Program-made: the position numbers and the translations under genes
The notes under the pieces: generated by a model
What the model saw: only the letters and a program-made list of their open reading frames with translations
Databases searched by the model: none
What the model was told of the DNA's origin: nothing
DNA from: Candidatus Thorarchaeota archaeon
GTDB taxonomy: Archaea; Asgardarchaeota; Thorarchaeia; Thorarchaeales; Thorarchaeaceae
Direction of reading: 5' to 3'
Length of the DNA stretch: 17,175 bases
NCBI GenBank assembly: GCA_003345555.1
Contig: PRDJ01000032.1
Span: 1-17,175 of the forward strand
Part shown: one piece after another, positions 14,959-17,175 of the stretch
Layout of the letters: every line of letters begins with the position of its first letter
Position numbering within the stretch: the stretch's first letter is position 1

Positions 14959-16272
14959 GTGAATGTAATCGGCCTGAGAAAAGAGGAGAAACCTTTCGAA
15001 ACACGCGTTCCGGTAATACCAGAACATGTTGACATGCTCAAGAGCAGACATAATATCAACTTCATAGTCGAGCCGAGTGAAAACCGTGCATTCAACGCCG
15101 AAGAGTACATGGAAGCCAAGGCTCAGATACTGCCCTTGAAGGGTAGTTCGGCACAAGTTGTTCTAGGAATAAAAGAGATGCCCGACGATTTCTTTGAGCG
15201 TGGCAAGGCATACGTCTTCTTCAGTCATACCATAAAAGGACAACCGCACAACATGCCGATGCTAAGAAGCATCATGACTGCAAAGGCGACACTCATAGAC
15301 TACGAACGAATACTAGATGACAAGGGCAAGAGACTCATTTACTTTGGAAACTGGGCCGGAATGGCTGGTCTCTCCGACACACTCTATATTCTGGGACAGC
15401 GTCTCGAAGTTGAACACATGAGACCAAACCCGTTCAAGCATATGAAGCGCACACTCGAGTGCAAGGATCTTTCCGAGCTAAAGGACTCCTTCAGAGCATT
15501 AGCCAAACAAATAGAGATCGAGGGATTACCAAAGCGACTACGTCCCTTTGTCATTGGCTTCGCCGGATACGGAAACGTCTCTCGAGGAGCCCAAGAGCTG
15601 TTTGATTTGCTTCCTCACGAATCGGTTCAACCAGATGAGCTGGCGCAGACAACTTCACAGCAGAATCTATTGTACAAGTCCGTCTTCAGAGAGGAACACA
15701 TGGTAGAGCCTATCGACCCGACTGCTAAGTTCAATCTCCAGGATTACTATAGCTATGGCAAGGGGAAATACAAGCCCGTCTTCGAACGCTACGTCCCATA
15801 CCTCACGGTTCTACTGAACTGCATTTACTGGTCTGACAAGTATCCCCGATTGGTATCAAAAGACTTCATCAAGGCACACTGGAAGGACAAGCACCGAAGG
15901 CTCCGTGTCATAGGCGACATTTCCTGTGATATCGAAGGTGCCATTGAGTTCACACTTCAGGCTACCAACCCTGCAGAACCGGCTTTCACTTACCTCATCA
16001 AGAAAGACCGAATTACCTCCGGTGTATCTGGAGAAGGACCAGTTGTGATGGCAGTAGATAATCTGCCGTCCGAGCTCCCAAGAGAATCGTCAACCTCTTT
16101 CAGTGCATCTCTTCTCGACTATATACCAATACTGGCAAATGCAGATTTCACCGTGCCTTTCGACCAACTTCACCTACCCCGAGAATTGAAGGATGCAGTG
16201 GTCGTATACCAAGGCAATCTAACCGAGAACTACGAATACCTTCGAAAGTACACAGAACAACTAGGAGGATAG
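14959..16272 (+). CDS. Lysine-ketoglutarate reductase / saccharopine dehydrogenase (lysine-forming) family; homologue of the N-terminal LKR domain of AASS
   Basis: GLRKEEKPFETRVP, GIKE, FFSHTIKGQPHNMPML, LIDYE, FGNWAGMAG, GYGNVSRGAQE, IGDISCD, AVDNLPSELPRESS. RBS GAGGAGG at 14945-14951. Confidence 0.9.
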   Translation: MNVIGLRKEEKPFETRVPVIPEHVDMLKSRHNINFIVEPSENRAFNAEEYMEAKAQILPLKGSSAQVVLGIKEMPDDFFERGKAYVFFSHTIKGQPHNMPMLRSIMTAKATLIDYERILDDKGKRLIYFGNWAGMAGLSDTLYILGQRLEVEHMRPNPFKHMKRTLECKDLSELKDSFRALAKQIEIEGLPKRLRPFVIGFAGYGNVSRGAQELFDLLPHESVQPDELAQTTSQQNLLYKSVFREEHMVEPIDPTAKFNLQDYYSYGKGKYKPVFERYVPYLTVLLNCIYWSDKYPRLVSKDFIKAHWKDKHRRLRVIGDISCDIEGAIEFTLQATNPAEPAFTYLIKKDRITSGVSGEGPVVMAVDNLPSELPRESSTSFSASLLDYIPILANADFTVPFDQLHLPRELKDAVVVYQGNLTENYEYLRKYTEQLGG

Positions 16273-16275
16273 AAC

Positions 16276-17175
16276 ATGAAGACCGTACTCTGTCTAGGCG
16301 CAGGCTTGGTGTCTCGACCCTACATCGAATACATATCAAAACACGGATTCCATCTGATCATAGCCAGTAGAACCAAGAGCAAAATAGAGGCCATGACTCA
16401 GGCTTTCAGGAACGCCGAAGCTGTTTCCTTCGACATTAACACAGACGACAAGTTGCTTGACGATCTAACTTTCAAGGCCGACTTGGTCTGTTCCTTACTA
16501 CCGTACGTCTACCACGTCAAAGCCGCCAAGATTGCAGTCAAGCATCGCAAACCCTTCTGCACCACTTCTTACATATCTGACGAAATGAAAGCATTAAACA
16601 AGCAGGCAACTGATGCCGGTATTCCTCTTCTAAATGAGTGCGGCGTCGATCCAGGTATTGACCACATGAGTGCTATGAAAATCATAAACCACATTCATCA
16701 GAACGAAGGCAAGATAACATCCTTCATCTCTCACACAGGAGGCCTCCCTGCACCTGATGCAAACAACAACCCGTTTGGGTACAAAGTCTCTTGGACACCT
16801 AGAGGAGTCTTGCTTGCAGGTCGAAACGACGCTCATTTCGTCAGAAATAGGAAAGAAGTGGTTATTCCTGGGCCAGAGCTCTTTGACAGCTACCAAATAA
16901 TCGAAATACCGGGAGCAGGTAAGTTCGAGGTTTATCCAAACCGTGACAGCGTTTCATATATCGACATCTACGGTATTCCTGAAACAGAGACAATGCTGAG
17001 AGGCACTCTCAGGAATATAGGCTGGTGCTCTACTCTCAAGAAAATAGCTGACCTGGGTCTCCTAAGTATCGAAGAGCAGCCCTTCGCCAATCTGACTTAC
17101 CGGCAGATGATCAGCAAGCTGATTTCTTCCGAGGATGCTGACATTGTTCGTGCTGTGGCGTCAACCCTCAAGCTT
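16276..17175 (+). CDS. Saccharopine dehydrogenase (glutamate-forming); homologue of the C-terminal SDH domain of AASS (3' truncated by window)
   Basis: Manual translation: MKTVLCLGAGLVSRP...SLLPYVYH...TTSY...NECGVDPGIDHMSAM...GGLPAP...NPFGYKVSWTPRGVL...YPNRDS...RGTLR. ATG is 3 nt after the upstream stop, RBS GGAGGA at 16264-16269. Open to the window end, so missing from the ORF track. Confidence 0.93.
   Translation, partial: MKTVLCLGAGLVSRPYIEYISKHGFHLIIASRTKSKIEAMTQAFRNAEAVSFDINTDDKLLDDLTFKADLVCSLLPYVYHVKAAKIAVKHRKPFCTTSYISDEMKALNKQATDAGIPLLNECGVDPGIDHMSAMKIINHIHQNEGKITSFISHTGGLPAPDANNNPFGYKVSWTPRGVLLAGRNDAHFVRNRKEVVIPGPELFDSYQIIEIPGAGKFEVYPNRDSVSYIDIYGIPETETMLRGTLRNIGWCSTLKKIADLGLLSIEEQPFANLTYRQMISKLISSEDADIVRAVASTLKL

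Noticed and set aside
360-16896. Many short antisense or alternate-frame ORFs (e.g. 360-713, 2013-2315, 3143-3499, 5240-5509, 8252-8509, 8346-8693, 8459-8737, 9238-9606, 13960-14283, 16630-16896)
   Set aside because: Nearly all overlap better-supported genes and none shows family motifs; treated as shadow ORFs.

Overview
Archaeal chromosomal segment; the gene families and lineage-specific hypotheticals suggest an Asgard (Thorarchaeia-like) archaeon, which is inference only. From left to right: 3' end of the proteasome ATPase PAN, Taw2-type tRNA modification enzyme, archaeal NAC, a stand-alone A/V-ATPase subunit D, a small membrane protein, an ExeA-like AAA+ ATPase abutting a ribbon-helix-helix (RHH) gene, ADP-forming acyl-CoA synthetase alpha, a HEAT-like hypothetical, a 187-nt intergenic fold-back element, two putative HTH/wHTH proteins, hypF, iorBA, a small Cas2/VapD-like gene, and a split lysine-ketoglutarate reductase + saccharopine dehydrogenase pair running off the right edge. 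Three things stand out. (1) Four copies of an 18-bp palindrome TTGGAACA-NN-TGTTCYAA at 14250-14832, two of which tightly bracket the orphan Cas2/VapD-like gene as inverted repeats. (2) The AAA+/RHH pair, which resembles a partition module with a non-ParA motor. (3) The long G-U-rich hairpin at 7435-7621.
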